The position numbers were made by a program, and so were the translations under genes. From an uncultured delta proteobacterium (GTDB lineage: Bacteria > Myxococcota_A > Polyangia > Fen-1088): 64,000 nucleotides of DNA. Location of the stretch: NCBI GenBank assembly GCA_963755125.1, contig CAVWIP010000017.1:6308-70307 (forward strand), in the 5' to 3' direction. Within the stretch, counting starts at the first letter, position 1, and the number at the start of each line of letters is the position of its first letter. The notes beneath the pieces were generated by a model that saw only the letters and a program-made list of their open reading frames with translations, searched no databases and had not been told where the DNA came from. Positions 10,194 to 19,690 of the stretch are shown in pieces.

Positions 10194-11190
10194 GCACGGG
10201 AATAAAGTCGATGTAGCCAGCGAATTGCGCATGCGCAAGATTGCGGCCTGCATTCATGCCGGTGCCACCAACATGCCGAGAAAGATCATTGAGGATCGGA
10301 TCGTCAGCGAAATCATCGAGGGGCGCGATGGCGAACCATGCGGGCGGCTCCGTGCCGAGAAGGCGCGACTGAAGGCGATTCGTACCGAAGACGGTGAGAT
10401 TGTCGCCCTCGTCGCCGAGCGGAAGAAGAAGATCGGGCCGGTCGAAAGATGCCTCGATGAGGCTGTCGCCGCCCGGCAGGCGGTCGAGAATGGGGAACTG
10501 CCGTCGTACAGCAACAAGGGGCAGACCATCGGCACGCTCGTCTTCGTGGCCGCCGACGGTTCGTTCATGTTCTGGGCCTTCTGTGACGTCGCCGGCATCG
10601 ACCTCACTCAGGGGGTCGGCGATCTCGCGGTCACGACTGCCGTCATGATCACCTTGGTATCGCTCTTAGGCGTCCTGGTGAATTCCTTCTGCGGCTTCCT
10701 CGCGACGAGCCCCCGCCCGCGGCTGCGGCTCGTCGGCTGGGCGTCGCTGCTAACGATCGCCGTGACCTTGGGAGTCATGCGGGCCAAGTCGACGGCCGAG
10801 ACGAACTACGCCTTCACGGTCTTCGGCTGCATCGTGACCATGGTGGCCGGCTACGCGGCCGGCGCCATCCAGCGGCGGTTGCTCCCGATCATCGGCGCTC
10901 ACCGCGCCCATCGCCGCCGCCTCGAAATCGCCCAGAAGGCTGAATCCGAAGCCCAAGCCAAGCTCGACGAAGTACACGCCGCCGTCGAGCAATTAGAGGA
11001 GCGTCGCCGGTGCCTCAAGGCTGAAGCCGAGAGCCTGGCGAGCATGCCGGCCCGGCGGGCGGCGCGGAAATCCGAAATCGAGAAGATCCAGGACGCCCGC
11101 CTCAAGTCCGTCCGTTACTACTACGCCTTGGGCCGGCGTCTCTTCGGGCGCAAGCCGGCCGACGAGGGGGAGGAGGCGTCCCGTGACTAG
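10186..11190 (+). CDS. membrane protein with N-terminal soluble domain, 3 TM helices and C-terminal coiled coil
   Basis: AAGGAGG RBS; hydrophobic segments LAVTTAVMITLVSLLGVLV / LVGWASLLTIAVTLGVM / FTVFGCIVTMVAGYAAGAI; heptad-like C-terminus. Confidence 0.5.
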   Translation: MRRHGNKVDVASELRMRKIAACIHAGATNMPRKIIEDRIVSEIIEGRDGEPCGRLRAEKARLKAIRTEDGEIVALVAERKKKIGPVERCLDEAVAARQAVENGELPSYSNKGQTIGTLVFVAADGSFMFWAFCDVAGIDLTQGVGDLAVTTAVMITLVSLLGVLVNSFCGFLATSPRPRLRLVGWASLLTIAVTLGVMRAKSTAETNYAFTVFGCIVTMVAGYAAGAIQRRLLPIIGAHRAHRRRLEIAQKAESEAQAKLDEVHAAVEQLEERRRCLKAEAESLASMPARRAARKSEIEKIQDARLKSVRYYYALGRRLFGRKPADEGEEASRD

Positions 11191-11923
11191 ACTGGGGCTT
11201 GCTTTGGCACTCTCCTCGCTCATCGCCTGTGGCGGACGGCCGCAGCCGGTCGAGCGGGTCAGCGTCCCCGACAATTCGACTTCGTCCCACGCCAGCGAGA
11301 TGAGCGTGAAAAAAGAGGCGCAGGCATTCCTCGACGAGCTCGTGCCGGGGAGCCGCTTCACGGTCATGCCGGTGGCCTGCACCAGCGACTTGGTCGAGAT
11401 CATCTACGATATTTGCGTGCCGCTCCGCTTCGGCTCGGGCGCGGCCCAGAAACGGAGAGCCTGGCTCGAGGCCGAGGAACGCCACCTCGAAACGCTCCGT
11501 CTGCGTCGGCCCGAACGCTGCAGCGGCGTCGTCGGCGCCATCTGGCGCGCCAGCCGCTTCCTGCAGGAAAGCGGCCGGCCGGTGAAGGAACTCTACATCA
11601 ACAGCGACTTGCGCGAGGTCTCGCCCGAGCTTGGGCCAGGGATCAATTTCGAGAAAGCCATTCCCGCGCCCGAAGACTTCCTCCTCAAGGTCAAGGAGAA
11701 GAACCTGCTGCCAGACCTCCACGGCGTCCGCGTGTATGTGTACGGCGTGCATGACGAGGCAAGCCCGGACTCCCGCCGGTGGACCTCCCAGCAGGCCGGC
11801 GCCTTGCGCGCGGCCTGGACGGCGTTCTTCAAAGCGGCCGGCGTCGATCACGTCGAATTCCGCGCCACCTCAACTTGGGAGAAGGCCGAGCCGGCCAACG
11901 TCGCCTGGGGCGGGCTGCGATGA
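11183..11923 (+). CDS. lipoprotein of unknown function
   Basis: GTG start after GGGGGAGGAGG RBS; signal MTRLGLALALSSLIACGG (lipobox LIACG); overlaps previous stop. Confidence 0.5.
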   Translation: MTRLGLALALSSLIACGGRPQPVERVSVPDNSTSSHASEMSVKKEAQAFLDELVPGSRFTVMPVACTSDLVEIIYDICVPLRFGSGAAQKRRAWLEAEERHLETLRLRRPERCSGVVGAIWRASRFLQESGRPVKELYINSDLREVSPELGPGINFEKAIPAPEDFLLKVKEKNLLPDLHGVRVYVYGVHDEASPDSRRWTSQQAGALRAAWTAFFKAAGVDHVEFRATSTWEKAEPANVAWGGLR

Positions 11924-12285
11924 CCGCGATCCTCGCGTTCGCATTGGTCGTGGCCGGGTTGGCGGTAGTCGTCGGGGCGCGAGAGACCGCCAAGAAGATC
12001 GGCTTGGCGGTCCTGGCGATCATCGTCTGTATGTCCGTCGGCCGCTGCATCCTTTGCTGGCTTTCCGCGGCCTCGGCGCCGTCGGTTGGCTCCGCGCCCG
12101 GCGTCGGTTGGTTCTGGCCGTCCATCGCCTTGGCGCTGATGGCGATCGGCGGGATTGCGTGGAAGTTGCGGGCAGCCCGGCAAAGTCGCCTGAACGAGCA
12201 TCGGCGTCGCCACATGCACCCGCGCCAACCGGCGCCGCTCCCGCCACCGAGCCACTCATCGGATCGCGGGGAGGAGCCGTTTTGA
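11920..12285 (+). CDS. small integral membrane protein (3 TM)
   Basis: ATGA overlap with previous gene; MTAILAFALVVAGLAVVVGA.., LAVLAIIVCMSVG, FWPSIALALMAIGGIAW hydrophobic helices. Confidence 0.4.
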   Translation: MTAILAFALVVAGLAVVVGARETAKKIGLAVLAIIVCMSVGRCILCWLSAASAPSVGSAPGVGWFWPSIALALMAIGGIAWKLRAARQSRLNEHRRRHMHPRQPAPLPPPSHSSDRGEEPF

Positions 12286-13910
12286 ACCTGGCGCTCACGC
12301 TCGCCCGTCGGGCGCTCCATGGCTCGGACGTGCGCCGGGCCATCGTGCTCCAGCACGAAGCGCTGAAGCGGGAGCGGCAGCGGGCCGAGAGCGGGAATCT
12401 CCCGCCGTGGGACATCGTCGCCGGCACGCCCACCTTTCTCATCGGCCAGACCGCCGACGGCCGAGCCGTCAAGCTCGACATGTCGACGCTGCTTGCCCAT
12501 CTGCTCCTTCTCGGCCCTACGCGCGTTGGGAAGACCGCGCTCATGGCCCTCCTCGTCAATGCCCTGCTTCATTTCGGGATCGTTTCCGTCATCGCCATCG
12601 GCGTTGGTAAGAATGACTCCATCGAGTACACGCGGGCGGTGCTTGCGAAGTGGCTCATGGGCCTGCCGCGGGAGCGGGCCGAGGATATCCTGGGCCGCGT
12701 GATCGTGGTGGCGCCGTCGTCGGGTTCGCACCTGGTGCCCTTCGACCTCACGGCGCCCGAGCCTGGCCGCTCGGCCGAGCTGCAGGCCGCCGACCTCACG
12801 CGCAGCCAGTTCGTCACGCACGCCCATCCCATCGGCCCCAAGCAGGAGGACATCGCCTATCTCACGTTTAGGTTGCTCATCGACACCGGGCTGCCGGCCA
12901 ACTTCTTCGACCGCCCTTTGCGGGATCCGGCGGTCGCTCAGCGTCTAGCCGACCGGACGTCCAACCCCGACCTGTACCGCGGCTACCTCGAACGCCTGCG
13001 CCGCGAGTACCGCAGCGATGCCGTCCTCGGGCTCGTCGCCCGCGCCAACGCCCACTACCGCCATGAGCCCACCCGGCTCATGGTGGGCGGCGCCGAGGGC
13101 GTCACCATCCACGCGCCGAAACTCTTCGACGGCATGGTGGCACTGGTCGACTTGACGGCGGAGTACGGCGCCGAGGACGCCATTCGCTTCATCGGCTCGA
13201 CCTTGTGGAGTCGCTTGGTGCGGGCGTCACTGGCCAGGCTGGTGGGTAGCCCGCCGTGCTTCGTGTTGGCCGACGAGTTCCAGCAGCTGCTCCAGTCGGA
13301 GCAGGATGCGGCACTGGCGCTCGAAAATGTCTTGCGCCTTTGTGCGGCGCGTAGTGTGTGGTGGTGGCTTGCGACGCAGACGCTCGCCGGTCTGGAACGG
13401 TACGGCTCGTCGCTATCCAAGGTCATCGCGGTCAACGCCACGTTCAAGGCGATCTTCCGCACCTCGGACGCCATCGACGGCCTGCTGCCGGTGACCGGTC
13501 GTCGGCGGAGGCCGTGGGCTCCGGCTCCGTGGCAGAAACCGGCCGATTATTATCTCTCGCGGAGCGAGGAAAGGGCCTATCTGGCCGAGCAACTCGCCTC
13601 TCTCGGCCCCCGGCTCTGCTACGTCCAGCACGCGAAGAGCGGCCGGGCCGGGACATTGATCCGCACGGCGGATGCGACCGTGTCCATGCCCGAGGACTGC
13701 CCGGACTTCATCCGCGTGGGGCTCGAGCGCGGCACGTTGGCCGTGCCAGTCGAGAAACTTCGCCGGGGGCTCGATGCTGCCGAGCGGCGGTTCGCGGCGC
13801 TCGTGGACGATCCGCGCGCGGCCGAGATAGCCAGAACCGAGTCCGCGGCCATCGAGGTTTCGTCGCCCAAGCGGAAGACGCCGCGGGCGCGGCCGTTGGA
13901 GATGGGGTGA
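12282..13910 (+). CDS. P-loop ATPase of FtsK/HerA/VirD4 (T4CP-like) superfamily
   Basis: Walker A GPTRVGKT, Walker B CFVLADEF, downstream WWLATQTL (ATQ motif typical of FtsK-HerA clade); probable TTG start overlapping previous stop. Confidence 0.5.
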   Translation: MNLALTLARRALHGSDVRRAIVLQHEALKRERQRAESGNLPPWDIVAGTPTFLIGQTADGRAVKLDMSTLLAHLLLLGPTRVGKTALMALLVNALLHFGIVSVIAIGVGKNDSIEYTRAVLAKWLMGLPRERAEDILGRVIVVAPSSGSHLVPFDLTAPEPGRSAELQAADLTRSQFVTHAHPIGPKQEDIAYLTFRLLIDTGLPANFFDRPLRDPAVAQRLADRTSNPDLYRGYLERLRREYRSDAVLGLVARANAHYRHEPTRLMVGGAEGVTIHAPKLFDGMVALVDLTAEYGAEDAIRFIGSTLWSRLVRASLARLVGSPPCFVLADEFQQLLQSEQDAALALENVLRLCAARSVWWWLATQTLAGLERYGSSLSKVIAVNATFKAIFRTSDAIDGLLPVTGRRRRPWAPAPWQKPADYYLSRSEERAYLAEQLASLGPRLCYVQHAKSGRAGTLIRTADATVSMPEDCPDFIRVGLERGTLAVPVEKLRRGLDAAERRFAALVDDPRAAEIARTESAAIEVSSPKRKTPRARPLEMG

Positions 13911-13913
13911 CTA

Positions 13914-14242
13914 TGGCGGGCAAGAAGTCGGGCATCTGGTGGGCCATGAAGATGGTGTTGTTGTTGACGTTCTTCGCCGTGTACGGCGTCGTCTGCTTGG
14001 TCGGCTCGACAATCCGACTCGCCCGAAGGATCTGCTGGGGCATCAGGCTCCTCCGTCACACGATCCGTTGCCCATATTGCCATTTCGAGGTGCCTTTGGT
14101 CGGTCGCTATTTGTGCTCGACACCGGGTTGCGGCGCCGAATACCAGGGCTTCATCCAGAAGTGCAACATCTGCGGCAGCGGCTGCCTGTGGACGCCGTGC
14201 CCGCGGTGTAGCGCCGCTGTGCAGGTGGGGATGAGGACATGA
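13914..14242 (+). CDS. small membrane protein with double CxxC zinc-ribbon
   Basis: TM helix MKMVLLLTFFAVYGVVCLVG; CPYCHF..CSTPGC..CNICGSGC..CPRC; starts 4 nt after ATPase stop. Confidence 0.4.
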
Positions 14243-15159
14243 CCGGCACCGTCAACGGCACGTGGCCCTTTCTCGATCCGCGCATGGACCGCGAGCGCGT
14301 CGTGCGCATCTGCTACGTGGTCGCACGGCTCGGCTACTTCTGGTGCGCCGACTGCGGCTTCATCTTCTTCAAGCGCAAGAACACGGCTCGGCAGTACCCG
14401 GCCCGGCTCGTGAAGCGCGGCCTGCTCGAAACCTTCCCGCGTCGGAGCCTGGCCGACTCGCACGTCTATCGCGTCTCGGAACGTGCGCTCGAATGGCTGG
14501 TAGACGAGATTGGCTGCGACCCCAGCGACGTCTGGCGGCCCGCGAGTCTAAGGCGCTTGAACGTTCCCGCCGCGCGCGCCATGAACCGCTTCTGGTGCTC
14601 GCTCGTGGCCGCCTGTGAGGGCTCGCCGATACGCTTGCACCGTTTCGTGCCCGAGCGCCAGTTGCGCCGGTTCAAGGCGCCGGGTTGCCCTGTGGTGCCG
14701 GACGCGCTCTTTGTGCTGGAGGCGTCGGCCGAGGGCGGCGCCGAGGGCGCATCGCGGCTGCCCTGGTTCGTCGAGCAGGACAACAGCACCGAGCGCCTCA
14801 AGGTCTGGGCCGAGAAGATCCGCGGCTACCGGTCCAATCTGCCCTCGGGCCGCCTGTACGGGATGCGTGACTGGCTGCTGCTTGTGCTGGCGCCAACGCG
14901 CAAACGCGCGGCCAACATCAGCCGCACGGCCGTCGCCGCTGGCGGCGGCGACTTCACCTACGTCGCCATCGCCGCCGTGCTCGAAGGCGGGCACGCCTTG
15001 GACGCCGTGCTCTGGCGGGCTTCGACCCTCGCCGCGGACGCCAATGCCGTGCCGACCGACACGCTGGTTTCCGCCGCTCGGAGCACGTCTCGACCTACGT
15101 CAACAACCCCTGTCAGGCCTGACGGGCTTTCCCAGCACCTTTCCGGAGGAATTCCGTGA
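14239..15159 (+). CDS. putative winged-helix DNA-binding protein (replication-relaxation-like)
   Basis: ATGA overlap with previous gene; N-terminal wHTH-like RICYVVARLGYF..; family assignment tentative. Confidence 0.35.
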   Translation: MTGTVNGTWPFLDPRMDRERVVRICYVVARLGYFWCADCGFIFFKRKNTARQYPARLVKRGLLETFPRRSLADSHVYRVSERALEWLVDEIGCDPSDVWRPASLRRLNVPAARAMNRFWCSLVAACEGSPIRLHRFVPERQLRRFKAPGCPVVPDALFVLEASAEGGAEGASRLPWFVEQDNSTERLKVWAEKIRGYRSNLPSGRLYGMRDWLLLVLAPTRKRAANISRTAVAAGGGDFTYVAIAAVLEGGHALDAVLWRASTLAADANAVPTDTLVSAARSTSRPTSTTPVRPDGLSQHLSGGIP

Positions 15160-15493
15160 AGTTCCCTTTTTCAAGGCTGCGGTCAATACGCCCTGCCTGC
15201 TCTGGCGGGCAGGGCGCCTCTGTTTGGGCGGCGGCGCCGCCGCCCTCGCGCGCGGCGCGGGCCATGCCCCCGCGCGCCTTCCCGAGATCCCTGTCACGCC
15301 GGCTCGGCCGGCGATTCGTACCGGTATTCATTTGCATTCGCACACAACAAGTTCAGGCGCGGGAGTGTCCGCGCCGAAAGGAGGTCGGTCACGGAACATC
15401 GGGCCACGCGGAAGTTGGTGGAGACTGGCCAGCCGAGTCGCGCTCGCGGCTTGCACACCGGGCTCTCTTTACTCAACTAAAGCAACACCCAAT

Positions 15494-16186
15494 ATGAGCA
15501 ACCACAACCTGACGTACAGCATCTCCAAGCGGACTCCGGCAACGCCGAAGGCCGTCAAGGAGATCTTGGACGCCCAAGCGGCATTAAATAGCGCCTGCAC
15601 CTGGACGCACGAACGCCTCGCGTTCGTACCGCCTCGGGACGCGGGACGCGCGGCCTTCCCCCTGCAATTCGCGAGATTTGGACTCGCATCAGCCAACCCG
15701 CCTGCTTTGGACGGATTCGGCGCTCATCCGCCGACTCCTCCTGCGGATGTCTTCATGTCCGGCTCGACGCGCGTGCGCGACAACCTATGGAACGCCCACC
15801 TCGTCGCAGCATTCTTGAAGCACATCTCGCGCAAGCATCCGACGCTGCTCTTCGAGCTACGCGACGACGGCGGGTTCGTGATCCCGGGTTCCGTATGGAT
15901 CCGGGGAGGTGCTGTGGAAGTAAACCGCGAGTTCCTGAATACAGAGCGCGCGCGAGTGCTGGAAGTCACCGGCGACCCGCAGGCCGCAGTTCCGTACGTG
16001 TGGGCCGAACTTCAGGCTCTCGGAGGGTCCTTCTTCGCGGAAGCGTCGATGGACGACTTCGGGAACGTGCCGGAAGTCCGGGAGCTGGGAGCTTCCTGGG
16101 ACCAGCTTGAGAGCATGAGCATCGAGGATCTCGCCTCGCTTGTCGTCGAACACGCGACGACGGAGGCGGTCCCCGTCGCGGCTTAG
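15494..16186 (+). CDS. hypothetical protein
   Basis: ATG 15494; 230 aa; no recognised motif. Confidence 0.35.
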   Translation: MSNHNLTYSISKRTPATPKAVKEILDAQAALNSACTWTHERLAFVPPRDAGRAAFPLQFARFGLASANPPALDGFGAHPPTPPADVFMSGSTRVRDNLWNAHLVAAFLKHISRKHPTLLFELRDDGGFVIPGSVWIRGGAVEVNREFLNTERARVLEVTGDPQAAVPYVWAELQALGGSFFAEASMDDFGNVPEVRELGASWDQLESMSIEDLASLVVEHATTEAVPVAA

Positions 16187-16337
16187 GCAGGAGGCCCATG
16201 TCATTCGTGATCAACCAGCAGAAGGGGGCGGGCGGAGCGCGAGTCCGGTGTGCGACGCGATCGCGTCGCGGCTTCGCGCCACCGTCCGCCCCCGCTGCGC
16301 TACGAGTCATACGGCAAACAACTACGAGGGGTGCAGC

Positions 16338-16613
16338 ATGAACACGATCACCGCAACGACCGGCGCTGAGCCGTCATCGCCCGCGAGCGCGGCGGACGAT
16401 TCGCGCCTTTGGGACGCGAACGATGTGGCCCGGTTCATCGGCGCCAGCCGTTCCTGGGTCTACCATCAAGCGGAAGCGGGACGATTGCCTTGCATCCGCC
16501 TTCTCGGTTTCCTACGCTTCGATCCCCAAGTGGTCCGGGCTTTCGTGCTGGCGGCGTCGTCCGCGCCAGCAAGGTTGAAGTCCGGCGACGCTTCGGGCGC
16601 TTCAGGGAGATAG
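16338..16613 (+). CDS. excisionase/AlpA-family HTH DNA-binding protein
   Basis: WDANDVARFIGASRSWVYHQAEAGRLPCIRL HTH; GAGGGGTG RBS; immediately precedes integrase. Confidence 0.55.
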   Translation: MNTITATTGAEPSSPASAADDSRLWDANDVARFIGASRSWVYHQAEAGRLPCIRLLGFLRFDPQVVRAFVLAASSAPARLKSGDASGASGR

Positions 16614-16616
16614 GCC

Positions 16617-17981
16617 ATGCCTTCGGTTTTCAAACGCGGTGTTCGCTGGTACGCGAAATACAAGGACGCGACGGGGCGGTGGCGCACCCGGCCGACGACG
16701 GCCGACACCAAGACCGACGCCAAGCGGTTGGCCACTGACCTCGAACGCCAAGCCGAGCGCCACCGGCTCGGCTTGGAACCGCTCCCTACCGACGACGGCA
16801 CCACGCTCGGCGACTTGCTGAGCTGGTGGGAGACGACGTACTTCAAGCAGAGCCCCGCCTATGCGAAGAGCTGCGGCACATTCCGCCGTCACCTAGTCGG
16901 GTCCAACCTGTCGAAGAGCTCAATACGCGAAGTGACGACGGGCAGGGTGGAGCAGTTCATCCAGGCGAAGACGCGCGAGCTGGCTCCCCAGACAGTGAAC
17001 CACCTGCGCAGCTTCCTCTGTCGCGCCTTCAGCGCCGCCCGGCGCGCCGGCAAGGTCACCCAGAATCCGGTCCTCGACGTGAAATGTCGGCGCGTGCCCA
17101 AGCGCCTCCCAACGTTCCTGACCCTGGAGGAGGTTCCGCGCGTCCTGCTCGCGCTCCCCAGGCGCTGGCGGCCACTCTTCGCCACGGCCATCTACTCCGG
17201 GCTGCGCAAGGGCGAGCTGCTCGGGTTGCGGAAGACCGACGTGGATCTCCCGCGGCGGCTCATTAGCGTTTGCCGCTCGTACGCGCGCGACACCACCAAG
17301 GGCGGGCACGCGGAGGCGGTGCCCATCGCCTCCGAACTGGTGCCGTACCTCGAAGCCGCCATCAAACAGTCCTCGTCCGAGTTGGTCTTCCCAAACGAGG
17401 ACGGCTCGATGATGTCCGAGGAGGCGTCGCTCCAGGAACTGCTGCAGTCGGCGCTCGCCCGCGCCGGGATCGTGACCGGCTACAGCCACATCTGCCGACG
17501 GAAGGGATGCGGGCATTCCGAGGTGGCGAAGGACGCCGACCTGCGGCGTTGCCCGAAGTGCAAGATGAAGCTCTGGCCGCGGGCGCTGGTGCGGAAGATC
17601 CGCTTCCACGACCTGCGCCACACGACCGCGTCGTTGCTCATGATGGCGGGCGCGAATCCGGCGGCCGTTCAGCGCATCCTTCGCCACAGCGATCCGCGCA
17701 TCACGACTGAGGTTTACGGCCACCTGGCACCGGAATATCTCCGTCGAGAAATCGATCTCCTGTCCTTTGGCAAGCCCGTGAACGACACCGGAAACGCTTC
17801 CGCAAGCTCACCGAAAAACGATCCGTTTGGTGCATTAGTGGTACAAGAACCGAATGATGCACTGATCGGCGGATCCAGTGGATCTCGGAGCCCCCTGGAA
17901 ATGCAGGGGTTTTCGCTTGAGCGCGAGACGGGGCTCGGACCCGCGACCCTCGGCTTGGGAAGCCGATGCTCTACCAACTGA
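16617..17981 (+). CDS. tyrosine integrase (phage integrase family); 3' tail reads across tRNA-Gly on opposite strand
   Basis: catalytic R..HDLRHT..R..Y region (IRFHDLRHTTASLLMMAG, EVYGHLAPEY); no stop until 17981 so last ~60 codons overlap tRNA 17920..17992. Confidence 0.8.
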   Translation: MPSVFKRGVRWYAKYKDATGRWRTRPTTADTKTDAKRLATDLERQAERHRLGLEPLPTDDGTTLGDLLSWWETTYFKQSPAYAKSCGTFRRHLVGSNLSKSSIREVTTGRVEQFIQAKTRELAPQTVNHLRSFLCRAFSAARRAGKVTQNPVLDVKCRRVPKRLPTFLTLEEVPRVLLALPRRWRPLFATAIYSGLRKGELLGLRKTDVDLPRRLISVCRSYARDTTKGGHAEAVPIASELVPYLEAAIKQSSSELVFPNEDGSMMSEEASLQELLQSALARAGIVTGYSHICRRKGCGHSEVAKDADLRRCPKCKMKLWPRALVRKIRFHDLRHTTASLLMMAGANPAAVQRILRHSDPRITTEVYGHLAPEYLRREIDLLSFGKPVNDTGNASASSPKNDPFGALVVQEPNDALIGGSSGSRSPLEMQGFSLERETGLGPATLGLGSRCSTN

Positions 17982-17992
17982 GCTACTCGCGC
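17920..17992 (-). tRNA. tRNA-Gly(CCC), 73 nt, no encoded CCA; atypical T-loop TCCGAGC
   Basis: minus-strand GCGCGAG TA GCTC AGTTGGTA GAGC A TCGGC TTCCCAA GCCGA GGGTC GCGGG TCCGAGC CCCGT CTCGCGC T: 7-bp acceptor, D arm, anticodon CCC, U73 discriminator. Confidence 0.6.
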
Positions 17993-17993
17993 A
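17955..17993. repeat. 39-bp direct repeat (tRNA-Gly 5' half), left copy; putative att core
   Basis: identical to 58272..58310. Confidence 0.6.
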
Positions 17994-18026
17994 AACGTAA
18001 TGTTTTCAAACTGTTATCTGTACTTC

Positions 18027-19256
18027 TTAGCCCCCGTTATGTGCCCCTGTAACCACAGCGTAACCAACGGTACCGTTCTGCGTCCCCGGACAGCCTATTG
18101 ATACCACGTCCCCACCGGAGTGCGAAAGGTCTACCCGGACGGCATCGAAGTCCTCTTCCTTGAAGTGCTCGGGTCGAAGATGCGCGTAGCGTTCCGTGGT
18201 GGTCACGCTGGCATGCCCAAGGATCTTGGAGAGCTTCTCCAGCGAGTGGCCATCCATCACCCACAGGCTCGCGAAGGTGTGCCTGGTGGCCTGGTACCAC
18301 GAGATGGGCGGTAGCTTGCAAGCCTTCAGCGCCTTCGCAAGGTTGCTTCGTAGGGAGTGGGCACGCATGAAGGTTGAGGGTCGCTTTGCCGTTCCCCCAC
18401 GCGTGGGACACGTAGGAACGAACAACATCCCCTCGCCTCCGGTCTTGAGCTTCCACCGCGCCAAGATGGGTGCCAGGGCATTCTGCAAGGGCACGATGCG
18501 GGGGTCGTCATCCTTGAGCGGGGCCAGCCTCCCGTCCTTCACCTGTTGTGTTACGTGGATTCGCCGGTTGGCTAGGTCCACGTCCTGCCAGGAGAGCCCC
18601 AGTACCTCGCCTGTTCTCAGTCCCGCCAGTGCCCCCACGGCGAACGCCACGTCGTAGGGCTCGCTCAAGGCCCGGAACACCCGTTCGACATCCGATATCT
18701 TCTCCAGGAATGGCGTGTTGGTGGTATCCAGCTTGGAGCGATACAGCCTTCGTACCGAACGAGGAAGCAGGGAGACAGGATTCACCCGTGCGAAGCCCTG
18801 TTCGATCACCTCCGCGAAGAAGGTGGAGAACAGGCGGATGCAATGTCCTACGGTTGTGGGGTGCATCCCCTCACTGAGCTTGCGTTCCACGAAACGGCGC
18901 AGGCTTGTCGAATCCACCTCGGTTGGCTTGCAGGCCCCGAAGAAGGGATCGAGATGCTTGCGCCATCGGCAACGATCATCGCGCCAGGCCCGATGAGTCT
19001 GCTCGCGCCGGTCGAGCCAGTCCTTGGCCAAGTTCTTCAAGCTCGGGGCCGTCTTGAGTTCGACGGGCATCCTATCCCGCCCTGCACGCGCATCTGCGGT
19101 GAGCACGTCCAGCATCTTCTTGGCTTCGTCCTCGGTGGGATACCCTCCCTTCGTGCACACCCGCCCTGCTACACGCCACTTGATCCAGAAGTTTCCGGGG
19201 CCGCGCTGGTAGACGCAGCCTTGCCCGCTGGGCCTTTTTCGTTTCTTTCGTGCCAT
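18027..19256 (-). CDS. tyrosine integrase (phage integrase family)
   Basis: start MARKKRKRPSGQG with AAGGAG RBS; R..HTFAS..R..Y catalytic region (ATRHTFASLWVMDG, TTERYAHL); 3' end 34 bp from tRNA 5' end. Confidence 0.85.
   Translation of the reverse strand: MARKKRKRPSGQGCVYQRGPGNFWIKWRVAGRVCTKGGYPTEDEAKKMLDVLTADARAGRDRMPVELKTAPSLKNLAKDWLDRREQTHRAWRDDRCRWRKHLDPFFGACKPTEVDSTSLRRFVERKLSEGMHPTTVGHCIRLFSTFFAEVIEQGFARVNPVSLLPRSVRRLYRSKLDTTNTPFLEKISDVERVFRALSEPYDVAFAVGALAGLRTGEVLGLSWQDVDLANRRIHVTQQVKDGRLAPLKDDDPRIVPLQNALAPILARWKLKTGGEGMLFVPTCPTRGGTAKRPSTFMRAHSLRSNLAKALKACKLPPISWYQATRHTFASLWVMDGHSLEKLSKILGHASVTTTERYAHLRPEHFKEEDFDAVRVDLSHSGGDVVSIGCPGTQNGTVGYAVVTGAHNGG
18044..18075. repeat. ~32-bp repeat cctgtaaccacRgcgtaaccaacggtaccgt (also 58126..58158; partial 58661..58690); encodes integrase C-terminus, candidate arm-type site
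   Basis: direct comparison of the three loci. Confidence 0.45.
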
Positions 19257-19368
19257 GGTCTCCGCTCCTTTCTTTGTCCGCGACCTGGACGAGACCAGCG
19301 GCGCAGGGCCTGTCCGTCCCGTCCTCGGTCCTGTTGCCCTGATAAAGATCCTCGACGCCTGACCAGAT

Positions 19369-19690
19369 TCAAGCTGATCGCAGCTTGGCCACCTTGTCGG
19401 CGATGGTCTCGCGGTCGGTTCCATGCAACCGCGCCATGTCCACGCGCACGGTGTTGCCGATCTTGACCGTCGGCACCTCGCCCCTCTTCACCCACCGGCG
19501 CATCGTGGGAACGCTGACCTTGAAGGCGGTAGCTGCTTCCGTGATGGTCACGAGGGCAGGGGGCAGGGCGGCCCGCAAGCTTTCCAGCTTGTCTGTGTTG
19601 TCGGTGACTGCACGCTCCAACGCCGCGAGCCGCGTGGGGATATCCCCCATGGCCGAGAACAAGGCAGCCAAGTTCTGCGTGTCGCTCATC
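19369..19690 (-). CDS. excisionase-family HTH protein
   Basis: C-terminal FKVSVPTMRRWVKRGEVPTVKIGNTVRV HTH; start MSDTQNL (alt. M14); adjacent to integrase. Confidence 0.5.

Noticed and set aside
11829-12827. 332-aa minus-strand ORF
   Set aside because: Antisense to the coupled operon. Arg-rich junk composition.
16920-17723. 267-aa minus-strand ORF
   Set aside because: Antisense to the integrase gene.
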